Positions 55,746 through 64,000 of a stretch of 64,000 nucleotides of DNA are shown here, piece after piece; within the stretch, counting starts at the first letter, position 1, and the number at the start of each line of letters is the position of its first letter. This DNA is from a virus, in IMG/VR virus record IMGVR_UViG_3300047564_002353, positions 1 to 64,000 of that record. One strand, given 5' to 3'. The notes beneath the pieces are model-generated. The model searched no databases. It was given only the letters and a program-made list of their open reading frames with translations, and was not told the origin of the DNA. The position numbers and the translations under genes were made by a program.

Positions 55746-57136
55746 GCCATTGATTGTATTTGTGAAAGTCTATTATCCACAGCAGCAACAGATATGCCAG
55801 CTTTGTTAGATCCTACTTTGTCATACCAGCTACGGCCGCCTCGACTTGGCGCTGGGAAACTGGCAAATTCCTGAGCAAGTCTATCCATAAATCTTTTATT
55901 ATCAATTCTTCCTGCAAGCCAATCATCTAATTGTCTTACACTACGTAATCTATATATGATTAATTTATCTTGATTTGCAGGACTAAATTTTTCTTTATTA
56001 GGATTCATACCTAAACCTACAACACATTCTGCTAATGTGTTAGGCATAAATTGATAACGTCCCGATGCAGCAGTTTCCATTGGCTTACCAGTAATTTTTC
56101 CTGCTTTGTAATCTCTTTGAAATTTAAAAAGTTCTGTGATAGTCATATCTAAAATCTCTGGATGTCGACGACTACCAAACATTATATCATAATGTCCTCG
56201 ACTTTCAGGACCTGCAATAAGATCTAAGACTTCTCCTATTTTACCTTTAGTTACTGCATCATCAGCTAAATCAGGAAGTGTTGACTTTTCTGTAGTTGTT
56301 GTCGGAGTTTTTCTAGCAACTTGATTTGCATTAATCATGTCTAACATTTTAAATTCTTTTTCACCAAAGTTACTACCGCCACCTGCTAGTTCATAATCTT
56401 TCTTAAATGCAGCAACAGCTTTGGCTGTAAACGGACCATATTTGCCGTCGACTCCTGTTCTTCCTAAACTATATCCTAGAGTTTGTAATTCTGTTTGCAT
56501 TTTTATTACTTCGTCTTTGAATTCATTAGGGTATGGAGGACCTTGTTCTAATTCTAAAGAATTTTTAATTCTGTCTTTTACTCTTGGTGCACCTGGTTCT
56601 GAATCAGTTGTACCTAATCCTGGACTCGGTGTTGCTCCTGATAATACTTTATTAGAAGCATTTTTATAACCTGATGCATCTGCATGAACTCCATCTACTA
56701 ATCTACTACCTTCTAAATCAACAATAGGAACTGATAAAGCTTGTTTAATCGCATCTCTTGTTTTTCTTCTAACCTCAGCGTTAGGTCTAGTACCTACTGG
56801 GAACAACAAATAAGTAACTTTTAATCCTTTGTTAGTTGCCGCATTTACTAATTGACTTACATTACCGGCAATTGTAGCAGGGTCAGGATTAGAAGCAAAT
56901 GTATCATTCGCTCCTACACTAATTAAGACAACACTGCCTTTTGGTATGTTATTGATTGCATTCATATGCATGGCGGCGGTTGAAGGAGTTCCATTCTTGC
57001 CTTTATTAGTCCAAGGGTTACCTGCATAGTTAGCCAGTCCAACTGCATGACTATCGCCCACTGTGTAATAACCTGTAGATCCTTCTTGATCTATTACCTT
57101 TTTTTCACTTAGAATCTTAAATTCGTTAAATCTCAT
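55742..57136 (-). CDS. SGNH hydrolase + peptidoglycan-binding + lysozyme-like (lambda R-type) fusion
   Basis: GDSH, GAND, DGVH; MQ.EL..LGY......DGKYGP.T..AV..F; ES.G.Y, ASGRYQF, FSP.NQD, EFASFP. Confidence 0.85.
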   Translation of the reverse strand: MRFNEFKILSEKKVIDQEGSTGYYTVGDSHAVGLANYAGNPWTNKGKNGTPSTAAMHMNAINNIPKGSVVLISVGANDTFASNPDPATIAGNVSQLVNAATNKGLKVTYLLFPVGTRPNAEVRRKTRDAIKQALSVPIVDLEGSRLVDGVHADASGYKNASNKVLSGATPSPGLGTTDSEPGAPRVKDRIKNSLELEQGPPYPNEFKDEVIKMQTELQTLGYSLGRTGVDGKYGPFTAKAVAAFKKDYELAGGGSNFGEKEFKMLDMINANQVARKTPTTTTEKSTLPDLADDAVTKGKIGEVLDLIAGPESRGHYDIMFGSRRHPEILDMTITELFKFQRDYKAGKITGKPMETAASGRYQFMPNTLAECVVGLGMNPNKEKFSPANQDKLIIYRLRSVRQLDDWLAGRIDNKRFMDRLAQEFASFPAPSRGGRSWYDKVGSNKAGISVAAVDNRLSQIQSMA

Positions 57137-57408
57137 TGTCCCTTCCTTGTACCATAATCAGGTAATGGACCACCGTATTTCTTACCTTTGATTTTTTTGC
57201 CGCCAACAGTGATTCTTACTTTATTTCCAGAAGCACCAACTAAATGGCTTTTGTCGCCTTCTCTAGCACGAAGACCTTGACTCTTACAACTAGCAAGATT
57301 ACTAGCTCCTAGGTCTTGGTTAGGAGTGGTGCTTAGACAAAGCTTTCTACTAGCTCGTTCGTCTAAATCATCTAATTCTTCTTTATTAATAAAATCTGTA
57401 GTTTTCAT
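57133..57408 (-). CDS. small basic protein with CTS-like start
   Basis: MKTTDFI; LGAS.LASCKSQGLR.R, KIKGKKYGGPLPD; TAAATA upstream. Confidence 0.75.
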   Translation of the reverse strand: MKTTDFINKEELDDLDERASRKLCLSTTPNQDLGASNLASCKSQGLRAREGDKSHLVGASGNKVRITVGGKKIKGKKYGGPLPDYGTRKGQ

Positions 57409-57424
57409 AATATACTATTTAACC

Positions 57425-58255
57425 TTACACTTCAAGATCAAGCCACTCATAAACATTTAGCCATGGACGCTTGCCCACTGTTTCTTTTAAATGCGTTAAA
57501 TCTGCACAGGTTTTAGCCCTAAATCTTAACTTTTCGTCTTCGGGCATTGGAATCATTTTGACCTCGACTTGCTCTTGTTCTGCAATATATTCTGCAATAT
57601 CTAAAAAGCTATGACTTAATCCGCTGCCTACATTCCAAATGCCGCTGCCTTTAACTGTATTCATAAAATCTAAATGTAATTTACAGATATCTCCGACCCA
57701 TGTCCAATCACGTTTTATATGTTCAGCATTATCCCAAACTTCAATATATCCTTGTTTACGAGCTTGTTGACGCCATTTGTAGATTGCATTGGCTCTACGA
57801 CCACGCAAGTGCATCCACTTTCCGTAAACGTTGAAGTATCTAAAACCTTGTACAAAGGCAGTATGCGTTTGATTAAAAATGTATCTATCGATCAGATACT
57901 TACTCCAAGCATAAGGAGTTTGTGGATAACATTCGGCATATTCACTAAAATTTTTAGTGTTGCCATAGACACTGCTAGAGCTAGCATATTGAAGATTTAC
58001 ACCATGCTTTTGGCATTCGTGATACAACCAAACAGTGAAATCATAATTTTGATACATGACTTTTTCTACATTTGTTTCAGTCATGTCTGCTATGGCGCCA
58101 AGATGAATGACCCAATCGTATTCTAATACGTCAGGCCATTCATCTCTATTTGCACGCCAATCCCAACCATCGACAGTCCATTCTGGTTGGTGTCCAAAAT
58201 AGGACATCATATTCCGGCCAATAAATCCTTCACTACCGGTAATGAGAACTCTCAT
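57425..58255 (-). CDS. second NAD-dependent epimerase, HldD-like
   Basis: TGSEGFIG, HLGA...TE, YASSSSVYG, YAWSK, RYFNVYG, KRDW..V. Confidence 0.8.
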   Translation of the reverse strand: MRVLITGSEGFIGRNMMSYFGHQPEWTVDGWDWRANRDEWPDVLEYDWVIHLGAIADMTETNVEKVMYQNYDFTVWLYHECQKHGVNLQYASSSSVYGNTKNFSEYAECYPQTPYAWSKYLIDRYIFNQTHTAFVQGFRYFNVYGKWMHLRGRRANAIYKWRQQARKQGYIEVWDNAEHIKRDWTWVGDICKLHLDFMNTVKGSGIWNVGSGLSHSFLDIAEYIAEQEQVEVKMIPMPEDEKLRFRAKTCADLTHLKETVGKRPWLNVYEWLDLEV

Positions 58256-58288
58256 ATATACCCCTCTTAGAGGTATTTATTGAGAGGG

Positions 58289-58735
58289 TCATCTCCTATT
58301 ATTTTTATAGTCCTCGTTAATAATAGTTTTTTTAGCATGGCATACAAAACATAAACATTTTACATTGGCGGCAGAATCATCACCACCATCTGCTCTACGT
58401 GTTTCATTATGGTCACCATGCATTAATACTCTAGCAACTCTACGTTTAATCATTTCATCTGCAATATCTTTTAAACGAGAATCTTCTAGAGAATTATACC
58501 CGCACTCAGAACAAATCCAAGATCTATGAAATGTATGTAGACGATCAATACGACCCATACCACCATACTCTCTTTGCATGAGCTGATGTTCTCTACATAG
58601 TACATCCTGCCCCGGACCTTGCATCTGTGTAAGTTCGCTGCCACAACCTGGAACAGCACAAATTTTTCCTTCGTCCTTTAACAACTGAGTTGTGGTTTTA
58701 AACTTGTCATACTTGTAGTCCCTAAGAGTTTTCAT
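58289..58735 (-). CDS. HNH-like nuclease with extra Zn-ribbon motifs
   Basis: C..PGC, C..H, CSECG, GDH......GG.D...NV..LC..CH..KT. Confidence 0.75.
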   Translation of the reverse strand: MKTLRDYKYDKFKTTTQLLKDEGKICAVPGCGSELTQMQGPGQDVLCREHQLMQREYGGMGRIDRLHTFHRSWICSECGYNSLEDSRLKDIADEMIKRRVARVLMHGDHNETRRADGGDDSAANVKCLCFVCHAKKTIINEDYKNNRR

Positions 58736-59898
58736 ATAAACAAGTCCTCATCAGCTGGAACGAATTCGCTGTTGGTTCTAGGTTCTGGAAATTCCAAATG
58801 AGGAAGATTTTTAGAAAGCTGTTTAACTAAGAAGGGATAACCGTGTAATGGCTCTTTATTAAATCGAGAGCTAACTCCATACACATGAGCATCATGCCAT
58901 ACTTGATATGCAATCTGTGCCCGGACCCAAAATGTACTATTGGGTTCGAAATCACAATTCCAATATTTTTTAGTAATGCTTGCAATTTCATAAATGTAAG
59001 AGCTGTCTACTTTAATTTTGGCAGCACGACAGCGATCAAAGAAATATGACATCATGACAATTTCTTTTTCCACTACTGGACGATTATGACATCCTGCTGC
59101 TACAAGATAATCGCACACCCAATCCAATGTTTCTGGATTTAGTTTCATAAATTCTTGAGTACGACTGATTGCTCCTGCTTGTTTAGAATCTCCAAAATCA
59201 GTTTTGGTTAAAAAGAGATCATATTTTTCCAAAATTTGTTGTTTAGCTTCAACAAGGATCCATTCTGGTTTTTTAGATCCGTCAATTCGAACACCGTAAA
59301 TCATTTGCTCAATTTGATCAAACGTGTCTAATAGTTCTTTATATTCTCCACCATTGTGTCCAACAAAACTATCACGCATTTCAGGCTTTTGATCTGTTTT
59401 GTAAACATTAACAGGAACCATAATTTCGTCTTTTTCTGGATCTAATTCAAAAATCTGTGTTGCAATTATCCATAGTACCACCAAAGTATGTTGACCATCC
59501 CATGCCACATATTCTTCTTTCTTTTTATTTGGTTTGTAAACCTGTATAGGCATAACTTTAACAGGATTGAAATTGTTTAAAATTTCGCAACACCAAAAAT
59601 GTTTAAGTAATCGTTGCATGGTCGCATCGATTTTTGAAAACTTCATTTGGATATTTTTTGATTCCGGGAGTTTATCTAGCAGATCATCCCAATTTTTAAT
59701 ATCAGGATTTCTCCTACGCCATTCTGCTATGGCTGCGGATAATGATCTATCCACTGTTCGTTGAGTAATCGAAGGCAGATCGTTATATGTGTCGTTCCAA
59801 CGATCTTTAATTTTTAGAATTAAACTTGCACCATTATTAAAACGTGCATTTTTTTGGCTTGCATAGCTCGTGGCTACATTGATAGTTTTAGTAAGCAT
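58732..59898 (-). CDS. ParB/Srx-superfamily (DGQH-motif) domain protein
   Basis: ID.TMQR, PIQVY, VAWDGQHT; SD AGGAG before MLTKT (59898). Confidence 0.7.
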   Translation of the reverse strand: MLTKTINVATSYASQKNARFNNGASLILKIKDRWNDTYNDLPSITQRTVDRSLSAAIAEWRRRNPDIKNWDDLLDKLPESKNIQMKFSKIDATMQRLLKHFWCCEILNNFNPVKVMPIQVYKPNKKKEEYVAWDGQHTLVVLWIIATQIFELDPEKDEIMVPVNVYKTDQKPEMRDSFVGHNGGEYKELLDTFDQIEQMIYGVRIDGSKKPEWILVEAKQQILEKYDLFLTKTDFGDSKQAGAISRTQEFMKLNPETLDWVCDYLVAAGCHNRPVVEKEIVMMSYFFDRCRAAKIKVDSSYIYEIASITKKYWNCDFEPNSTFWVRAQIAYQVWHDAHVYGVSSRFNKEPLHGYPFLVKQLSKNLPHLEFPEPRTNSEFVPADEDLFI

Positions 59899-59954
59899 TT
59901 TAGTTCTCCTATGTTTGCTTAGTTCCAGGCGGCCCATCCGCATATGGTGAAGTG

Positions 59955-59983
59955 ATTATATGGTTATTGATCTTAATTGTCAA
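59955..59983 (-). promoter_or_regulatory. consensus sigma70 promoter TTGACA-N17-TATAAT
   Basis: perfect match; one half of the divergent pair. Confidence 0.9.
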
Positions 59984-59995
59984 ATCTAATTTTAC

Positions 59996-60024
59996 TTGAC
60001 TTTTACCAAATATTCTAATATAAT
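59996..60024 (+). promoter_or_regulatory. sigma70 promoter TTGACT-N17-TATAAT
   Basis: near-perfect match; upstream of the plus-strand run. Confidence 0.88.
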
Positions 60025-60056
60025 AGCATCATGTTCAACAAATGCAGGAACTTTCC

Positions 60057-60242
60057 ATGCGTTACATTTTTGCAATTATTACTTTATCGCTAACAGCATG
60101 TTCTACTATTGAACAAATAGCAACAACTTGTCCAGGACTACGTCCGCATGATCCCCAAATGTGTAGAGGCGAGTTTTTCCAACAACTGCCCAATTTTGAA
60201 AACGAAGCATTGATCCGTAGACAACGTGGAGAAATTTGGTAA
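60057..60242 (+). CDS. small lipoprotein
   Basis: MRYIFAIITLSLTA-C lipobox; AGGA upstream. Confidence 0.65.
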   Translation: MRYIFAIITLSLTACSTIEQIATTCPGLRPHDPQMCRGEFFQQLPNFENEALIRRQRGEIW

Positions 60243-60565
60243 TGAAAGCATACAAGGAAATTACTGATTGGGCAAGCCCTAATCATACCTATCTTTTGGA
60301 TGGTACAAACCTAGTGGCTTATATTATAGACGGAACTAATAATCCGTTTTATTTTAAGAATCCAATTAAAGGATTTGACAAGCGTGGTCGCAAATTTATC
60401 GAATTAGATGACAACCCGTTCGAAGTGAAAGTACAATCCGCTCTTAGAGAAGTTAAGGGCAGTAAAGGTAATAGCTATTTTGTTAACGATGTAGAAGGCA
60501 CTTGCACCTGTCCAGGCTTTATATACAGAGGCAAGTGTAAACACGTGGAGACAGACAGTGAATAA
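60242..60565 (+). CDS. SWIM zinc-finger protein
   Basis: GSKG..Y.V......CTCPGF.YRGKCKH. Confidence 0.85.
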   Translation: MKAYKEITDWASPNHTYLLDGTNLVAYIIDGTNNPFYFKNPIKGFDKRGRKFIELDDNPFEVKVQSALREVKGSKGNSYFVNDVEGTCTCPGFIYRGKCKHVETDSE

Positions 60566-60767
60566 TCGACTTGAAGATTTGTTGTACCAATCTGGACTGA
60601 CTGCACAGGGCTGTTGGGACGAGCTTGACGACTATGCAAAGCAAGGTATAGAAAAGTTCGCCGAGTTGATTGTGCGAGACAATATCCAGACCTTGCGTAG
60701 TAACGGCTATGACGATGCAGCACAGTGTCTACAGGATATACACTTTGGACTTGACTATCCAGTATGA
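60558..60767 (+). CDS. hypothetical protein
   Basis: EKFAELIVR motif; GGAG SD; overlapping neighbours. Confidence 0.7.
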   Translation: MNNRLEDLLYQSGLTAQGCWDELDDYAKQGIEKFAELIVRDNIQTLRSNGYDDAAQCLQDIHFGLDYPV

Positions 60768-61219
60768 CTAAAAGAATCTTTTATGAAAAGGTTGGGCGTA
60801 GGTACAAGCCTGTGTATGAGTATGACCAAGGCCTGATGGATGCTTTTCCTAAAGGCATTCATTTGATTATGTGCTACCCTGGAGGGCAATCAACTCGTTA
60901 CAGTGTTGATCCTAACTATGCTGCTATGATTGCCGCAGGCCGTGTTGCCGAAGATGCTATCTGCGAAGCTATTCGTAAAGCGTCTGAACTACGTCCTACT
61001 CGTACAGCTATGACACAGGCAGAAATTGACGCTTGGGAAAATCTTGTTGAAGTATGGGGAGAGAATGTACGAACACTAAATGGATTGTCAGTGCGCGACA
61101 TTGCCGAAGCCGGTGTTAAGGCTATGATGTCAGAAGCTGATCAACTACTACAGAATCCCAGTGTGCGCCTAGCATACGAAAAGTTTTTAACAGTGGCCAG
61201 ATTGGTCAAGGAGAAATAA
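60764..61219 (+). CDS. hypothetical protein
   Basis: ATGA coupling. Confidence 0.75.
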   Translation: MTKRIFYEKVGRRYKPVYEYDQGLMDAFPKGIHLIMCYPGGQSTRYSVDPNYAAMIAAGRVAEDAICEAIRKASELRPTRTAMTQAEIDAWENLVEVWGENVRTLNGLSVRDIAEAGVKAMMSEADQLLQNPSVRLAYEKFLTVARLVKEK

Positions 61220-61494
61220 TGACAGATTTGTTATACTTTTTTGCTGTACCTATTTTTATTATCATTATATTCACAATGTTGTACAGAGGCGGTAGCAAGA
61301 ACTATAAGATTATTAAAGAAACAAACACATTAGGAGAATCAAAATACGAAGTGTGGTTTGAATACGAAAGTCTAGACTGTGCCAGTCGCAATTGGCACAA
61401 GGAAGCAGAGTATGCTACATTAGAAGAAGCAGACGCATTCATAGCTAGACAATTTAAAACTAGAGAAACCGTTAGAGAAGGAAAACTAAAATGA
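61219..61494 (+). CDS. hypothetical protein with an N-terminal TM helix
   Basis: SD AAGGAG; TAATG coupling. Confidence 0.7.
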   Translation: MTDLLYFFAVPIFIIIIFTMLYRGGSKNYKIIKETNTLGESKYEVWFEYESLDCASRNWHKEAEYATLEEADAFIARQFKTRETVREGKLK

Positions 61495-61682
61495 TTTTTA
61501 TTGCTATGTTTACTGCTATTGCTTCCTTCTTCCTAGCAGGTATGCATGCCAGTTTGATTACAACAAACAAACAGGATAAACTAACCGTTAGACCAATGCA
61601 ATACATTTGGATTGGTATCCTTATTCTTAATGGATTGTACTTTTTTATTTCCAGCATTGGTTATTACTCTTGTGACATATGA
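61491..61682 (+). CDS. small 2-TM protein
   Basis: ATGA coupling at both ends. Confidence 0.65.
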   Translation: MIFIAMFTAIASFFLAGMHASLITTNKQDKLTVRPMQYIWIGILILNGLYFFISSIGYYSCDI

Positions 61683-61912
61683 AACTTAAAACTTGTGAAG
61701 TAGGCATGTTTAAACTGCCAGGTATTATTGTCGAACGTCCAGAAGATTGGAGTGACCATCTATGGGAATCTACACAAGATGAAATGGATGTATGGGCCGC
61801 CAGTGAACAAGGCACGGGAACACGCATGACAGAATATCTTTGGAGCTTTCGTAAAGAAAGTCAAAGAGATTGGTTTATATTAAGATGGAGTGGTAATGAA
61901 GAGACGAATTAA
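61679..61912 (+). CDS. paralog 1 of the (W/F)FxL(R/K)(W/Y/F) family
   Basis: FRKESQRDWFILRWS. Confidence 0.75.
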   Translation: MKLKTCEVGMFKLPGIIVERPEDWSDHLWESTQDEMDVWAASEQGTGTRMTEYLWSFRKESQRDWFILRWSGNEETN

Positions 61913-62195
61913 AAAGGTAGATCGAAGATTCAAAGGGTTTCATGATTGGAAATATTATGTAGATCTAGTTAAGTCGCCTATAGCCACAGAAGAACATTTT
62001 TATAATATCCAAGTATGGTGTTGGGATACATGGGGTCCTAGCAAGGAAATATCTTTTTGGAATGAAGCTAGAGATAAAGGTTGGCGAGATAAAACACAAA
62101 ACGATAAGTGGTGTTGGCATCTCGACGAGTGGACTGCTAGAATATACTTGAAGTCTGATAAAGAAGCAGACTGGTTTTCACTAAAGTATGCGTAA
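61896..62195 (+). CDS. paralog 2
   Basis: WCWDTWGP; YLKSDKEADWFSLKY. Confidence 0.75.
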   Translation: MKRRIKKVDRRFKGFHDWKYYVDLVKSPIATEEHFYNIQVWCWDTWGPSKEISFWNEARDKGWRDKTQNDKWCWHLDEWTARIYLKSDKEADWFSLKYA

Positions 62196-62457
62196 GCGAG
62201 CTATCGTGAACAGTAGAAATATACGCGACGATTACTTTATTGCTCTAAGAAAAGCTTGGATGGAGTTCCACAAACCTAGAGATACTATGGCATCACCGGA
62301 AAATCATCGGTTGAATACTAACGATTTTTATCGTTACTGCGAAAACAAATGGGGCTTCAAAGTCTTACAATCGGATGGAGGTATCAGTGAAAACTATAGT
62401 GTAGTAGACGATGCTAAATTTATGTTGTTTAAATTAAAATACTATTCTCGTGTATAA
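62188..62457 (+). CDS. paralog 3
   Basis: VVDDAKFMLFKLKY. Confidence 0.7.
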   Translation: MRKRAIVNSRNIRDDYFIALRKAWMEFHKPRDTMASPENHRLNTNDFYRYCENKWGFKVLQSDGGISENYSVVDDAKFMLFKLKYYSRV

Positions 62458-62833
62458 ATGGCAACAGGAAATTTTAAATCGAATGGCACAATTTAAAGGC
62501 AAAGGATTGATTACAATGACCGGACGAGGTAGTGGCAAGTCTTGGAATCGAGATGCTGTTCGACGGCTGATAGACGATCTTGGACCATATACTCTTAAAA
62601 CTGAAGTAAGACAACTGCACGAAGAGCCTTACTATGTTATCCAGCCTGTAGGCTGGATGAATGCTAGCGAGAACAGCCAATGGAGTAATATGGTTGGCTG
62701 GTGCGTAGAAACATTTGGTCCTACTAGTGACGACGGTGTGTGGACTCCTGGACAGCGTTGGTATGTGAACAATGCTAAGTTTTGGTTCAAAGATGTCAAA
62801 GACAGAGATTGGTTTATCCTGAGGTGGTCATGA
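62450..62833 (+). CDS. paralog 4
   Basis: WCVETFGP; FWFKDVKDRDWFILRWS. Confidence 0.75.
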   Translation: MYKWQQEILNRMAQFKGKGLITMTGRGSGKSWNRDAVRRLIDDLGPYTLKTEVRQLHEEPYYVIQPVGWMNASENSQWSNMVGWCVETFGPTSDDGVWTPGQRWYVNNAKFWFKDVKDRDWFILRWS

Positions 62834-63039
62834 GAGTTTTGAATAAAAAATATTGGCCGCATCTAGTGGTTATTGATAAACCCAGTGACACATTAAATCT
62901 TACAGAAATGGAAATATGGTTAGGTAATCAATTTAAGACTTATCATAAAAGATGGTATATTGTTCAAGGATTTCGTCATACAGAATTTTATTTTAAAACT
63001 GAAAAAGATGCACATTGGTTTTCTTTGAGATGGTTATGA
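62830..63039 (+). CDS. paralog 5
   Basis: ATG 62830 in an ATGA overlap; FYFKTEKDAHWFSLRWL. Confidence 0.75.
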   Translation: MRVLNKKYWPHLVVIDKPSDTLNLTEMEIWLGNQFKTYHKRWYIVQGFRHTEFYFKTEKDAHWFSLRWL

Positions 63040-63320
63040 CTACACGAATCGATTTGATCTCAGGTGTAGGTTGGATGCTGTTTCACGAGTTACACGAACA
63101 GTATGCAGGCATGCCTGGAGAACAGTTTGTCGAACTGTTCGAACAGACTTATCACTGTCGAATCGGATACTCATTTGTAAAACCAGTAGAAGGAGCTGCA
63201 CCTGTGAAACATTTCTATATGGAATTTACTCCAGAACAGTTTACTATGTTTCAATTAAAATACGCAGATCATCCTCAAAGAATAGTTTTTATGCCTGAAG
63301 AGCGGTTCAGTGATAATTGA
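63036..63320 (+). CDS. paralog 6
   Basis: ATGA overlap; MEFTPEQFTMFQLKY. Confidence 0.7.
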   Translation: MTTRIDLISGVGWMLFHELHEQYAGMPGEQFVELFEQTYHCRIGYSFVKPVEGAAPVKHFYMEFTPEQFTMFQLKYADHPQRIVFMPEERFSDN

Positions 63321-63588
63321 TATTACAGAACTGTTTACAATACAACACAAAGCTATGGCCTCAGTGCTTGACTGGTTGGATCATCACGTAGGCACATACA
63401 TAGGACCAGGCACTGGATTCTGTGATGATTTATACATCGATGGTGGAAGAGAATCTGTATTACATATCGGTCAAGGTTGGCAAATTAGTGCAGTAGATTA
63501 TGTAGATGGATATGGTCATACAATGATCTATGAATTAGATATCACCGACGATAAGTTGGCTACATTTTTTATATTGAAGTTTTTATAA
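63310..63588 (+). CDS. paralog 7
   Basis: WLDHHVG; ITDDKLATFFILKFL. Confidence 0.7.
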   Translation: MIIDITELFTIQHKAMASVLDWLDHHVGTYIGPGTGFCDDLYIDGGRESVLHIGQGWQISAVDYVDGYGHTMIYELDITDDKLATFFILKFL

Positions 63589-63827
63589 TGAGCGTACAGA
63601 AACTATTTGTGAATCATATTGACGCTAATCGTACTTTGGACATTGTCTACGAACTTAGAGCCATGGGTCTACAAAATGGTATAGACTTTAACTTCTGTTA
63701 TATTAATAGAGAACAAGGTTGGCTAACGCTTGATGAAGACGGAGAGCCATATGAAGAACCTTGGGGTGCTGAATTCACTTTTACAGACGAGAAGTGGGCC
63801 ACTTGGTTCACACTAAAATACCTATGA
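63588..63827 (+). CDS. paralog 8
   Basis: FTFTDEKWATWFTLKYL. Confidence 0.75.
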   Translation: MSVQKLFVNHIDANRTLDIVYELRAMGLQNGIDFNFCYINREQGWLTLDEDGEPYEEPWGAEFTFTDEKWATWFTLKYL

Positions 63828-64000
63828 CAATAACTAGATCAGAGATAGAAGAAGAACTAACTGCTGAGATGGCTAAGACTATACAAGAAGAATTAGATGC
63901 TGATATTATTTGGCATTTAATTGAACGAGAAAACTGGCCTTATGATTATTATATCGAATTGCGACCAATGGATCTGGCCTGGGTTAGTCAGACTTTTAAG
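63824..64000 (+). CDS. hypothetical protein, truncated by the window end (MTITRSEIEEELTAEMAKTIQEELDADII...)
   Basis: ATGA overlap; frame open to the window end. Confidence 0.65.
   Translation, partial: MTITRSEIEEELTAEMAKTIQEELDADIIWHLIERENWPYDYYIELRPMDLAWVSQTFK

Noticed and set aside
60031-60093. 20-codon ORF starting 6 nt after the -10 box of the plus-strand promoter
   Set aside because: No protein-like signal and it overlaps the SD-led lipoprotein gene out of frame; a regulatory uORF cannot be excluded
1-64000. tRNA/rRNA genes and stop-codon reassignment
   Set aside because: No cloverleaf or T-loop signature seen in the few gaps; conserved genes are full length in the standard code

Overview
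A 64-kb, AT-rich, gene-dense segment of a large T4-like (myovirus-type) tailed phage in the standard genetic code. The host is probably proteobacterial, possibly betaproteobacterial (inferred from the IscU/IscA, YqgE, YbaN and DUF3563-like genes). Almost all genes from 1 to 59.9 kb are on the minus strand; a divergent sigma70 promoter pair at about 59.95-60.02 kb starts a plus-strand run of small genes. Gene blocks in order: envelope lipoproteins and a SleB-type hydrolase; iscA/iscU and an Hc1-like protein; PAAR; grx-nrdB-SOD-nrdA; a GIY-YIG endonuclease and a PD-(D/E)XK nuclease; a block of putative internal-head proteins with T4-CTS-like N-termini (two Pol-beta nucleotidyltransferases, a KxDG ligase-like protein, a HExxH protease, a PCD); an ADP-heptose-type sugar pathway with a four-domain glycosyltransferase/methyltransferase beside LamG and GYTGS-collagen fibre genes; SNase, YbaN, HNH, YqgE and an SGNH-PG-binding-lysozyme fusion; a ParB/DGQH + HNH pair; and at least 8 paralogous small proteins. 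The main signals not in the ORF track are (i) a textbook -1 ribosomal frameshift (A_AAA_AAG plus a 13-bp hairpin) that would join a start-less 106-codon frame to a 301-aa protein, (ii) sigma70 promoters with inverted repeats over the -10 box, several giving leaderless mRNAs, (iii) TAAATA late promoters built into hairpins that cover the ribosome-binding site, and (iv) several small unannotated ORFs. I saw no tRNA, rRNA, CRISPR array, intron or intein. All family calls come from motif recognition by eye, not database searches.
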